Of a DNA stretch of 64,000 bases, positions 1 to 12,600 are shown one piece after another; within the stretch, counting starts at the first letter, position 1; the number at the start of each line of letters is the position of its first letter. The stretch covers positions 4,650,001-4,714,000 of the forward strand of contig OZ210884.1 in assembly GCA_964658305.1 (NCBI GenBank), written 5' to 3'. The position numbers were made by a program, and so were the translations under genes. The stretch is from Leptogorgia sarmentosa. Lineage: Eukaryota. Under the pieces are notes generated by a model. It searched no databases. It was not told where the DNA came from and worked only from the letters and a program-made list of their open reading frames with translations.

Positions 1-505
1 CGGGTTTTGAACACATTTCGTATAGAAAATACGCGACATGGAAAAAATTAACCTCTTAAAGAATAAAGAGACTAGATTTTCCAGTGTTTCGAACGTTTTT
101 TTCGGATAATCTTATTTAACTAAGGCCGAAGATTATCGTTTTCGGGTAATATTTCGTCAAATCACCCGAGCGGAGGGAGTATAAATGATATATGATACCG
201 AAAATAGACTGAAATGACCGAGCCAAGAATAGTAATATCGATATCTAGAGTTTCCGCCATGTTTGAATTGTTTGTGTGTGTTAAAATACCCGGAAAAGCA
301 CCCTATCGCGTTATAGAAATATGATCTTTTGATTGAACAATTTGAACTTGAGGTATAATATTTGAAAAATATTGTAGTACGAGGTTTTTCACAGAAAAAA
401 ATGGGCATCAACTGCATGGAAGAATGCTCTCATTAATTGACCACAACCATAAAAAATTAAATTTTATAATCAACGTTAAACTGTATGAATTACCAATCTA
501 CTTAC

Positions 506-625
506 TTATACATTCACCCTTACACAAAATTTGTCTCGGACTATTACAGTAACAACGTCTTCCCCACGTTTTGTCGACGCAATGTTGAGCACGGCCACAA
601 GAAGACGCATCACACGCAGGATCAG
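506..625 (-). CDS. EGF-like exon after the SEA domain (7 Cys); last exon seen, gene continues left of the window
   Basis: tgtag|...|gtaagt, 120 nt, phase 1-1: [40 protein letters not shown]. Not in the ORF track. Confidence 0.8.
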   Translation of the reverse strand: MILRVMRLLVAVLNIASTKRGEDVVTVIVRDKFCVRVNV

Positions 626-3600
626 CTACAAGATAAATTACATCAATGAGAAACGTGATTAAATCTTTGTTTTAATTGCTTTGCTTCAGCAATCTTTACA
701 AAGAAAAGGCAAATCTGATTTCTTCGAAATATCCAATGATCATACAGAAATGAAGCTGAAATGTCTTTTCCCGGTAATATATTATAACCATAGCGTCGTT
801 ACGCATGTGGGGAAGGTATGGTTACGAAATTTTTCAATTAATATCAAATTTGTCCAAAAGATGACCATGAAGATCGTTTGATTGGATGATATCAAGTTGA
901 ACAAAGAGACGAAGACCAATTAGGGAGCTAACAGGAGTTAATTATTATAATTTCAACTGAACGACTTGATGATAACCTCTCTTTGAATTCAAAATTAGCT
1001 TAGTGCATCACTGTAGAATGAAGTCTTACCCTGATGAACAAGGTAATTTATGACGTTTTTTACAGTCTTATTATTGCTAGTGTTACCTATGTACGACGAG
1101 CTCTTGGTATATATAAAGAAAAATCGCGTTCAAGGATTCTGGCCACAAAACGAAACGAACTGACAGTGCCTATAGCACCACGTGTACATTCAAAACAAAT
1201 TCGAAGATAGATGGAGGATATATTACATGGTGGATATTACACTCATTCAGGAATGACCCATTCTCTGCACTCAATCGTAAAATATTGCTTTCACCACTCG
1301 AAGGTAAAATTTATATCTTCGCACTGACGTATAATTTCTTTTTTATTATTACATACCAGTCGTAACACACTGACGGCAACATTAATTTTTTATCGATAAT
1401 GGTAAATTTTTCAACCAAATACCCCCATATTACCCAAATTCGAACAATACCTAGGCATCGTTTCAGTTTTTTCTTGTATTATTTTTATCTTCTCAACAAG
1501 AACATATTTTTTCGTTGGACAAAGACCAAAATTCGCTGCATTTAGACGAACGTCGTCATTTTAGCGAATTGGAGCGAAACGATCACGTGATATACATCTT
1601 CACTAGTGAAGATATGGAAAATATCTCATAGTCATTTTTTCGGGATCTAACTGTCTACTATATAATGAATGGCTTTATCCAAAATTGACTTCATTAGCTA
1701 AGAGTAGACCCGTATCACTTAAAAAAAAGGATCGCTAACAATATACCATGGAAACAACTTCGGGCGAATGGAAAACGACCGCCAGGAATTTTCTATTGAT
1801 TCAAAATCTACTCAATTATTCCAATTACTTTCAATGCTGTTTTCCTAAAAAACCTACCAAATTCAGCAAATCGCCCTGTCTTGCTATCTTCTAATAGAAC
1901 ATATTTATCCCTCAGTTTCGACTTGCTGACATTGTCTTCTGTTACAGATACCAATTTTTTTCGGAATTCCATTTCAATTTTAACGAAATCATTCCCGACT
2001 TCAATTCGTGTTAGCGCTTGTGAAAAGTACACATACAGTGAAACTGTTGTTGCGGAATTCGTTCCAGTTCCTTCGCTGAAAATACTGATTGAAAAATAAA
2101 AATCAACAATGTAATTAATACTGAGCGAAAAATTGCCGAAATGTTTAAGATAGTCGAACGGAAGACTTAATAACGTAACTCTCTAGATTAAAACATGTTT
2201 ACTGGTTCTTGTACAAACACATTAATTCCTTTCACACAAATTTTCAATGCTATATGAATTAGCCCAAGCTGAAATCATTCGCCAGTAAATTCAACAAAGA
2301 AATTTGAGTAGTAGAAGATCCATTTAAAAAAACTCATTAACAAATGCCTCCTCGAATAATGTTTTGTACAAAAAATCTTTATAAACTAATTATTTAATTA
2401 TATTACCTGAAGCTAATCAAACGTGAACCCAGGTATAGTTCTGTTAAATTCGTTTCCATGAATTGTTCATTAGTCTAAAAAGGACATAATATGAAATTAT
2501 TATTTTATTTAATTTTCAATTAACGCCCATTCCATTAGCTGTAACAGTCCTTCTTAGATGTTTCTATACAATTGAAAGACATTTTGTGTCCGGCCAAAAT
2601 ACTGTCGTCATAACAAAATGCATTCCTGGATTGGCAAAAATGGCTTCCACTTTTCATTAAATTTGCGGTACAATAGAATAGGTGAAAACTAGTTGCGTTA
2701 TAGATTAGTGTGCTACTCAAAAACTTTAAAAATGCATACTAATCAAGTCTTTCTCCCATAATCACATTGAGGGCAAAATGACTAAAACATGATCAGCTAA
2801 TGCGGAGGACATTTTCGCTCAATTCAGGAGCAAAATTACTTGGCCCTGATTGGCTATACAAATTTCAGAATGTTTTGGGTTCATTTCACGTCGAACACTT
2901 AATGGTTCCCTCGAAGTATTTTTCGTGTGTGAAATCGACAAACTGAATTAGTTTCAAGCATTTTAGTCAACATTGAAGCAAATTAATTTTATTGAATAAA
3001 CTTGTCGTTTATATAATTCGATTTGTGTTTGAATAGCTAAATTAATCTTCTCTTCGACATGATTAACAAGTAATCGCATAGGGTCGTCGTAAAATTAAAG
3101 TTTAATTTCACTGGTGTTTTCAAAGTTTCGAAATTGGACCTTGTCGCTTCGCGTCCTGGGCAATTTGAGAAACTTCGAAATCGCGCTTGAAATTGATCCT
3201 TAATTTTACTCGGCCCTGCGGTTACTGATCTCTACTAGTTATAAGAACTTACAGCGTTCTCCATCATTCGTGAACGATTCAGGAATAATTTTGACAATTC
3301 ATCACCCAGGTCGCTCTCATAATCAAGACATTCCAGTATAGTAAAACTCAGTTGGAAAACAAACGCATCTAAGAGAAAAAACAACATTAGATATAGATTT
3401 CGTTGCGATTGCTTGCGCTGCGATAAGGCATATTTCCTGCGATTTCTAGTGCGATTTTCTCCTTTTCATGTATGTGAAAGAGTAAACTAGTGTCGAATGT
3501 TCAAGTACATTCGTTATCAATCCAGTCTTCTCGCATCTATCAAAACGAGAAAATCGCAGAAAAAAGCGCTCGTATATCAACAGGCTATAATAATACATCC

Positions 3601-6600
3601 TTTTCGGAAAGCATAAGTTACGGTGCTTAACTTGGGAGGGAAGCTTAATAGTCGCTAAAACTGATCAAAAATTGCTTATTAGAAAGGAACAGAAATTTAA
3701 AGCGACTTTGGCGAAGAGTTTAAAATTTCTCATAACATATGTGGTGTTGCTACCCGCAGCAATAGGTCATTCTTGTGGTAGGTACTTATAAGACTTGGTG
3801 ATTCAGCCTCGTTTTAGAGTTATGTTTTTCAAAACGGTGTATTCAGTCTATAAAAGTTCCATTATAATCTATGCCATAATCCAGAAAAGACCCACTTCGA
3901 TAACATTAATACAAATATAGGTTGTGCATACCTTCACAAATACCAGCATTGTTAGGCCATTGACCAAACGGACAGCCACATTCATGACTTCCGTATAGAT
4001 TTCTGCAAACCCTTCCGCTTTCGCAAGAGGATTCTATGGCACATTCGTTTATGTCTAAAATGAAATCATCGTCTTAGATTCCTAATTTTCTCATTTTGCA
4101 TAAGGTACTGTCTAAGGTACTCAGCTAAAACTACCAATCACGAATTTTTATATATTGTTGTATTTGCACTCGAAAATTTTAAAACTAATGTATGTGTTCA
4201 GTAATACCGGAAAATTGATCATGACACAGGGCGTCCGCAGGGAGGGAACTGGGAGGGAAGGGGATTCCCCCAGAACAGTGAGAGGGGATTGGGAAAGAGG
4301 GAAAGCGCGGGAAGGCTGAGTTTTCTATACACTGCAAGTTAGGAAATAAATTATGTAAATGTTATGATCATTTCAGACGAAAAAGTAAAGAGTCGAGCGA
4401 CAATCTTTTATGGGATCATCAATTTTATGTAAGATGCGGCTTTGAATAAATAAGTTCGTCAGCTTTGCAGTCGACTTTCAATTTGAATGTTCTAGCATTA
4501 AGCTAAACTCACGAGTGTATGAAAGGCTGAATAATTGTATGTTAAGAATAACAATACTGTTAGATCTATATGGGCACGGAGGGGGTGGTAATCATTTTGA
4601 GAGTAAGGAATCAGTAGGAAATCAGTGGAAATTTGCATGAAACTCTACGTCTTTTGTCATTCAATGGGGTACATATACATGCTCATAAAAAAGACGAAAA
4701 TTTATGATGCAATGTACACACTACAATTATCGCAAATAAGTTTCGCCAAAATTTGAATACGGAAGGTATCAGATTTTTAGTCATTCTGTAAGAAAAATTT
4801 GAATTAAAATGTAAGTGCTTACCGGTACACGACGGGGGTTCAAATCCGGACTTACACGTATATACACATCTTCCTATTTGGTCGTGACAAACTGCATTTT
4901 CTGGGCAACCGTTTGGTAATCTGCACTCATCGATATCTGTAATGTGGAAAATAGATTAAGTCAAAATAGGTCTCTCAAAATGTTCTAACTACATCGCGCC
5001 CTGTCGAGAAAAATGAATCACAATGCAAAATGCTGCTGATTTTCAACTGCGGATGCCACAATTTCGCACATCTTTCTTTTGAGGCTATTGTTCACCCAAC
5101 AGATTGTGAAATTACAGATTTGTTCTGTACAGTAATTTTGAATCGTTGCATAGACACAGGCAATAGCGTCAAAGCATGTGGCTACCTCCAAATAGTTTTT
5201 GCTTCGAAATAAAACTGGGTAAACTGCTGAATGAGGGAATCATTAGAAATATTGAAAAATATATAAAGAATACGCGGGCTTTCTAAATTACTTTATTGTC
5301 GTGGCAACTATAAACTTCATTGAATTCTTTCCTAAGTAAAGCAATATAGCATACGTAGCCACAAAGGCAAACGGACAGAAAAGGGATTTCTGCTGTTGTG
5401 CTCTCTAATAATTCAAAAGATTGACTGATTTCAATCTTGCAAAAGTTTGAAAAATAGGTCGGTCTAATAGATTGAATTCAGATTGACAAATACTATTGCA
5501 TTCTGCAATTCGATTGAAAGAATTGCAGTCGATAAAGATGACTGAGAATCGTTTCAATCTTTGCAAAGATTTACAATTCTAAGCCAATCACATTGCTCAA
5601 ATTTCGTGCGTGCGGCAGTAGCATTCCAAGAATAAGTTTCTTTATATCGAAAATCGTTTGAAATTTGATTGCAAAGTGACTCCTTTTAGATTGATTTTTC
5701 TTTCAATGGCGCATAGGATTGATTTTCAATCGAAAGTGTTTGGTCCGTAAGAACAATCCTAAAGAGATTGTTTTAACGGATAAATTGTGAGTTTTCAATC
5801 GTTTAAATTTTGAGAGAAAAAACGACGATTAAACAATATTCCCTACCTTCACAGTTCATGCCATCTCCAGTGAAACCATCCTTACACGCACAGGTATAAG
5901 AACCTGGCGTATTAGTACATGTTGCATTGCCATGGCAAGTATGACTACCATTTTTTCCACATTCGTTAATATCTAAATATTACATGTATAATCATAAAGA
6001 GGGCAAAATTACTAGAACCTGATTGGCTATAGCTAATGAGGAGGGCATCTTTTCTTAATTCAGGGGGCAAAATTACTTGGCCCTGATTGGCTAAATTTTC
6101 AGAACGTTTTTGTATTCAGTTTTTATATCGGATTCCGACTAGCTAATGGCTTCCTCGCAGTATTTGTCGCGTGTGAAATCGACAAATTGAGTTAGTTTCA
6201 AGCAATTTGGTAAAAATTTAAACAAATTTTTTGATTTTTAAATTTATTGTATATCGTTTATTTCATTCCCCAACGATTTTAAGAGACATTAATAACTACA
6301 TAGTGCCGCTCGTATAGTGCCGAATATAAAACCAAAAGTTGACATTCAATTTCTAGCGATTTATGTGTTTGAATATATCTTATCTTCAATATGATTAACA
6401 TGTAATCGTATTGGGCCTCGTAAAATTAAGGATTAATTTCACTTGTGTTTTCAAATTTTCGAAATTATATTTTTTTAGCTGCATCCGTTAAACAAAGACC
6501 TCAACAGGTAGTACCCGTTACTTCTCAATTGAGAAGATGGGTAATGCCCACGCTAAATCGTCTAAGTAGTCTGGCCTGGTAAAATATAGCTAAATATAGC

Positions 6601-9600
6601 TGGCCGTTCTATAATCATAATTATGCATTTAGCCGAGAAAAGCTGGTCAGCAGCGAACTCGAATTAGCTAAAGTGATATCACGGCCGAGCTTAAGTGAAA
6701 CTATACGCTATTGCATGACAACAGATTTTTACTGTGGCAGTACTTTTTCCATTGGATCTGACAGAAGACAAATAAGAAATGTCGACATAAATGAATTTCA
6801 ATATAAACAAGTGTTCAAGATGCTAAGACATTTTTGAATTCGACCTTCAAGTGGAAATTGGCTACTTCACATTTCCAAACCAGTCTTAGCGAATTTAATA
6901 TCCAGTCGTACACACGACTTCAAATTATATTACTAAGAATGCGTTTCGCAGAGAGAGAAAAAATGCACGTACCCACGCAATCCGTGCCATCTCCTGAATA
7001 TCCTTCCTTACATTTGCAAATAAAGGAGCCCTCTGTATTTGTGCAATTTGCCTGGGCGTGGCAATCATTCGTTGTAGAAGAATTGCATTCATTAACATCT
7101 AAAGACAAACAAATAATACAGAATTTTATACAGAATTCGTTCTGGTATAGATATTTTCTCTAATATGAATAATTTTTGCAGGCTAATTTATCCCCAAATT
7201 TATTCCAATTCCCTAATTTATCCAATTTTCTCTATAATTTATTCCCAATAAAATGTCAATTGGTCAAGACATGACCAAGTGTTCCTACAATACATGATAT
7301 AATATGGAAAATTAATATAAATCATGCGGTCAAAAATATCAAGATTGAACAATGTGCTGCCCATATTGTTAACATTTTTTACAATGATAAACAATATTTA
7401 ACTGTGTTATAATATAATTCAATCATGGTTTCGTCTATACATTGAAACAAACTGATTATTCTTTACCGGGTTATTTCTACATATTTCACTGACCTTTGCA
7501 ATCTGTACCAGAACCACTGAATCCTCCATTACAAGTACAGATATAGGATCCAAATGTCTCCGTACACGTTGCATTGCCATGGCAATCATGCATGGGGTCA
7601 GACACATCACATTCATTCACATCTAAATAATTTCAACAACTATAAATCAAATGGCAAGCATTACATCTGATAGAATGGAGGTTTGTGATTGGACGAGAAG
7701 CCTATTTGCTACTTAAAAAATGATGTTCCCAGTACGATTTAGTGGAATCACGTGGACATCACCCACCGTATATTTTTAGCGATGCTTGTCAATTGCAAGC
7801 TTAATAATGGTTTTGAATCTTTCCATATGATAATGGTATTTTATTTTTACAGAGCATAGTAGCTTGATAATTAGAGAAAGAGATCGATCCACGAACAATT
7901 TAGGTATTATAGGGAACTTCTATAGGGAACTATTTCTGGCCGACTGTTTACACGCTGGAATTGGGAAATCCAAGCTAAAGGTCAAGAGTGGACAACACAT
8001 GCACTAACGAGAAAACAACAGGATTATCGCAATCGAATAGCAATTACGGATTATCCAAATCGTGCAATTAAATGACGACAGCAAACAGTCGAATAAACAT
8101 CACTTCACACGTCCAACAGTTTTTGCCCGAAAAAAAGTCATTATAAATTTCTTCTAAACCAAAACACCAAATACGTATGTTTCAGGTAAATATTGTAAAG
8201 TTGGTAGTACAAACTTCATACAAAAGTCAAATTTGCAGTATTTTTGGCAACGCCATGTGTGTACACGTGTAATATATCCCGGAATCGAATTGCCCTTACT
8301 GTAACAGTGAGTTCCATTTCCAGTGAATCCAGTGTTGCAATCGCATCTATATGAACCAGTCAAATTAGTACAGGCAGCGTTCTCATCACAATTACTTTCG
8401 CCATTGATACATTCGTTCTTGTCTAGAAAATATGATTGATAAGAGGTTAGAAATTGAAATTGAAATTTTATTGAACATTTATCCACGTTTTTTAGATTCA
8501 TTTTCAATTTCACGCTTTTCAATTTACAACGACACATTTTCTTTACGAGAACACAAAGTGTGTACAAGGACACGCTGTTTATTAAAACTGCTGCCAGGTG
8601 TGAGGACACACACTGAGCGTAACATCACAGACACAGTATTTGCGTCGTATCACATGTCAATCTTTCTTTGAATGCGAATATATGTAGGCTATAATTCAGG
8701 AATAGAAAACATTTTCCATGTTTATATCGAGTTATGTAAACACGAGTGCAAGTTTGGAGAACGAGAAATGTGTGGAAACACGAACTCGAAGCGCGAGGGT
8801 TTCCACACATTTCGAGTTCTCCCAAACTTGCACGAGTGTTTACATAACTCAATGTAAACATAGGAAAATGTTTTCTATTATTTTTATAAAATAACACGAT
8901 GACAAAAGGGAATAACGGAATAGCAAGAGGCAGCGGGAAATAGCAACAACACGGCTGTTAGCCAATCACGCGCGCGCAGTCTTTTTCACTTACTTCCGGT
9001 TATTTTATAATGATTATTTGTAACAACATGCTAATATGATAAATTAATTGTATTCCTGCATTCTTAGATCCAAACAGTACTAGCTACCAATTGATTTTTT
9101 ACCGGGATTCATTGGAGAAAGATTTTTAATACAGTAATATATTGCAGTAAAATTCTCCGTCTTTAAATATAATTCCTCTTCTGCATAGAGGCTATTTGAG
9201 GAAAAAATAAAGTCGTAGTTTCGTTAATTTCAAAATACCCCACCGAAATTTTTGTAGTTTTGTTTTCAACGCGCAATTATAGATGAAGGGCGATGCAAAT
9301 TATTTGCCGTACCAATGCAGTTTATTCCATTTCCTTCAAATCCTTCGTTACATGTGCAATTGTAAGAACCAACAGTATTTGTACACATGGCATAGTCGTG
9401 GCAGTCGTTTTCACCCTCACATTCGTTTATCTCTGAAACACGATAGTAAAAAAGAATTTTTCATAAACATTACATGCGTTCAGTCGCAGTTTTGGTCGCA
9501 ATTATCTCTGAGTCAATGAATGCTTATAGCTGCTATCCATAATACGAGCTGGTAAAGCATATGTCATGCATGTGAATGTTACGAAAATATGAAAAGGACG

Positions 9601-12600
9601 CGAGATTCTATGAGGATTAAATGGCTATAACTATAACTGCAATGAATATGACTGTACACGTGACTATCACACTAACTGTCTTCTAACTAACTGTATTGTC
9701 TATCTAACTGTGGCTATAACTATAATGATCGCAACAACTTTTGGTATACTATGGCCATAAGCGCTACTTAATGCATATAGGACTAAATGATCAGTAATTA
9801 GTCTAATTTACCATCACACTCTGTCCCATTTCCTGTGAATCCTTCAAAACAGGTACAGTAGTAACTTCCTGATGTGTTCGTACATGTTGCATTTCCATCA
9901 CATGGCATAACGCTTTGGCACTCATCGATATCTGAAATAACATATGTGCATGTAATGAACATTTCAATTTCTCAAAATTACCCATGATTTTAATGCAGGT
10001 GATCTAACATGCTATTTCGGTAAATGTCATGGGCATACGGTCTGCATTTTTAAGGGAAGGGGAGGGGGAGGTGGCAGAAAGATCTCACGAGGCGCCACCA
10101 TGATTGGCACCGAGCGAGAAAATGTTGAACATTTAGAACTTCTAAGTTGCCAGGAACGACGATTTGAAAATACTAACTTCACTTTCTTTGTACGCTCCCT
10201 GAGGTGAACAAACAAAGGATTGTTGATATTACTTTATTCCTCAAATTTTTGCCCGAGTTATGCTCAAAATTTGCCCGAATTTTCGGCCTTGAATATTTTT
10301 CCAGTTGGGCAGTTGCACCCCTCCCCCCCCCCCCTCCCCTCTCGCCTCGCATGCCTATGGGTTATGTAGAATTATCCGGTAATGTAGAAACTAGGTGGAT
10401 CTGCTCAGTAAGCAGGTAAAATTGAACGCCATCACGAAATATAGCTTGCGGATATCTTGATACAATTCTCAAGTAATCATATCTTCTTAAGTTTTTCAAA
10501 ACTTTGGATGTAAGGTGATATGCAGTCCATGCTTTAATATCGGATTTGAAAAATTCTGCGTTCAGATGCATTTATAGTTAAAACAGAAGCAATCTTTCTG
10601 CGTACCGATGCAGTATGTTCCATCGCCTTCAAATCCTTCGTTACATGTACAGTTGTGGGAACCAACAGTATTCGTACAGTTGGCATTCTCGTGGCAATCG
10701 TTATAACCATCACACTCGTTTATCTCTGAAACACGTAAGTAAACAAAATTTTAACAACACTTTCAAAACAGTCATGTAAGTCGGAGTGGTGCATGTACGT
10801 AATAAATCTATTGAATGCTTGTAACTGTTGGCCAAAATACGACCAGGTGGCTCTAAAATCATGCAAAAACAAAGAGATACAGTGGTTGAGTGATGAGGGG
10901 CGATATATGACAAATTAATTATCAGCAAAGAAGATGTGTAAGGCTTAAAACAAATAATCATAAATGACTATATCAGTGAAACTATATTGTATTTAACGCG
11001 TGGCTTAGCTACTGTAAGTACTGCAGCTAAAATAGTGGTTATATTGACTATTGTTATAATGGTCTCTATACTCTATCAAAATTACTCGGACCACAAGCGC
11101 TATTCATGCTAATGAGATTTATATAACATGATTGTCCATATTTAAGCTAATTTACCTGTGCATACTATCCCATTGCCACTGAATCCCTCGAGACAGGTAC
11201 AGTTGTAACTTCCTTTTGTGTTCGTACATGTTGCATTTCCACCACACGGCATTATCTCGTCGCACTCATTGATATCTAAAGTAGTACATGGAGATGTATT
11301 GACAATTTCTTCCTATATATAAAATTACGCATCGCTACCTACAGGGACCGGTTGTTCACTGGGTTAGCGCTAACCCTGGGTTACAATTTGCCGCACTGTT
11401 TTAGTTTCTGTATTTCTACACGTTCGTTTATTTCAAGATTTCACTAAACAAAACTATACTATTGATCCATAAAATATCTGTGAAAAAATATGTCCAATTA
11501 AACAAGCTTCTGGGAAATTTCCTTTGAATTTTCCGCTAACTCTAGATTAAGCTAACCAACTTTTGAACAGCTGGTCCCGTATGATCTAAATTTCTATTCA
11601 GTTTAAGTAAATAAGTCAAATCTTCGTGAATATAGGTGGAATTCATGCATCAGTATTCAGATAAAATTTCCAGAACGATTATACATTTCGATAATTCACA
11701 GAACGGCAAAGATGATCTTCCTTCTTTTCATTGTGTCTATTTAGACTGTAACTACCGAGTGAAGAATGACCTAATTATGAAAAAATATTCAAACATATAG
11801 TTTGAAACAAGCTGAATTAACCGGAATCGGCATGATTTAAAAAATTGAAGGTCGCCAATGATTCATGCTATAGGTTCAGAAAATTTGCGTCACATTCAAC
11901 ATACAAGCATGTTATATTTCACAAACCTTCACAGAACGTTTCATTTCCAGTGAAACCATAATTACACATGCACCAAAATGACCCAAACGTGTTGTTGCAA
12001 AATGCATATTTATGACAAGGAGGTGGGTCATTATTACATTCATTGATATCTGCAACAGAGATTGAGAAACATTGTCCTGACAAAAATCTACGGCAAATTA
12101 AGCCATGAATATTAAATTAACCATGATTACTGGTATCGGTGAGCTATAATTATACTGGTGATTTTTTTTATAGAGATTTGGATTAGAGTAGCAGGAGGGA
12201 GAAAGGGCGAGCGGAGAAGGAGAGGGGGGAGGGGGAGGGCGATCGAGGGGAATTAGGCGAAGGGGCAAGTTAGAATAAGGGGGAGGGCTAGGGGAAACAA
12301 CAATAGTGAAGCAGGTAAATAAAACTCAGATATTTATAGTTTAGTCGAGAAAATACGTTTAAAGTATCCTTAAGCAATAATGTTTTTACTTGTGCGGTAA
12401 ACATTTTTCATTTGAATCTCATCATCAAAATCTCTTCAAAATATCATTGTTTATTGGTGTTAGAAAACCATTTTGATTTTGAAGATGGATATTTGGCCGA
12501 AAATCTATTTTCGGCAGCTAAAAATTGAGGCGAAGACTATGCTCGTCAGCCCTTCCTGTGGGTACTCACGTCAGCCCCCCTTGTTACGGTCGTGAACGGA

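Noticed and set aside
1200..1660. Possible dispersed repeat fragments (also 1-480, 3450-3560, 21985-22080, 28700-28830)
   Set aside because: They look repeat-like but have no second copy in the window and no clear ends, so they cannot be supported without a library search.
1808..2032. ORF ending at TAG 1808 as the gene's terminal exon
   Set aside because: A good donor (G|gtaggt) at 1857 and phase-compatible downstream exons (1030-1086, 506-625 EGF) indicate the gene continues; a short secreted isoform cannot be excluded.
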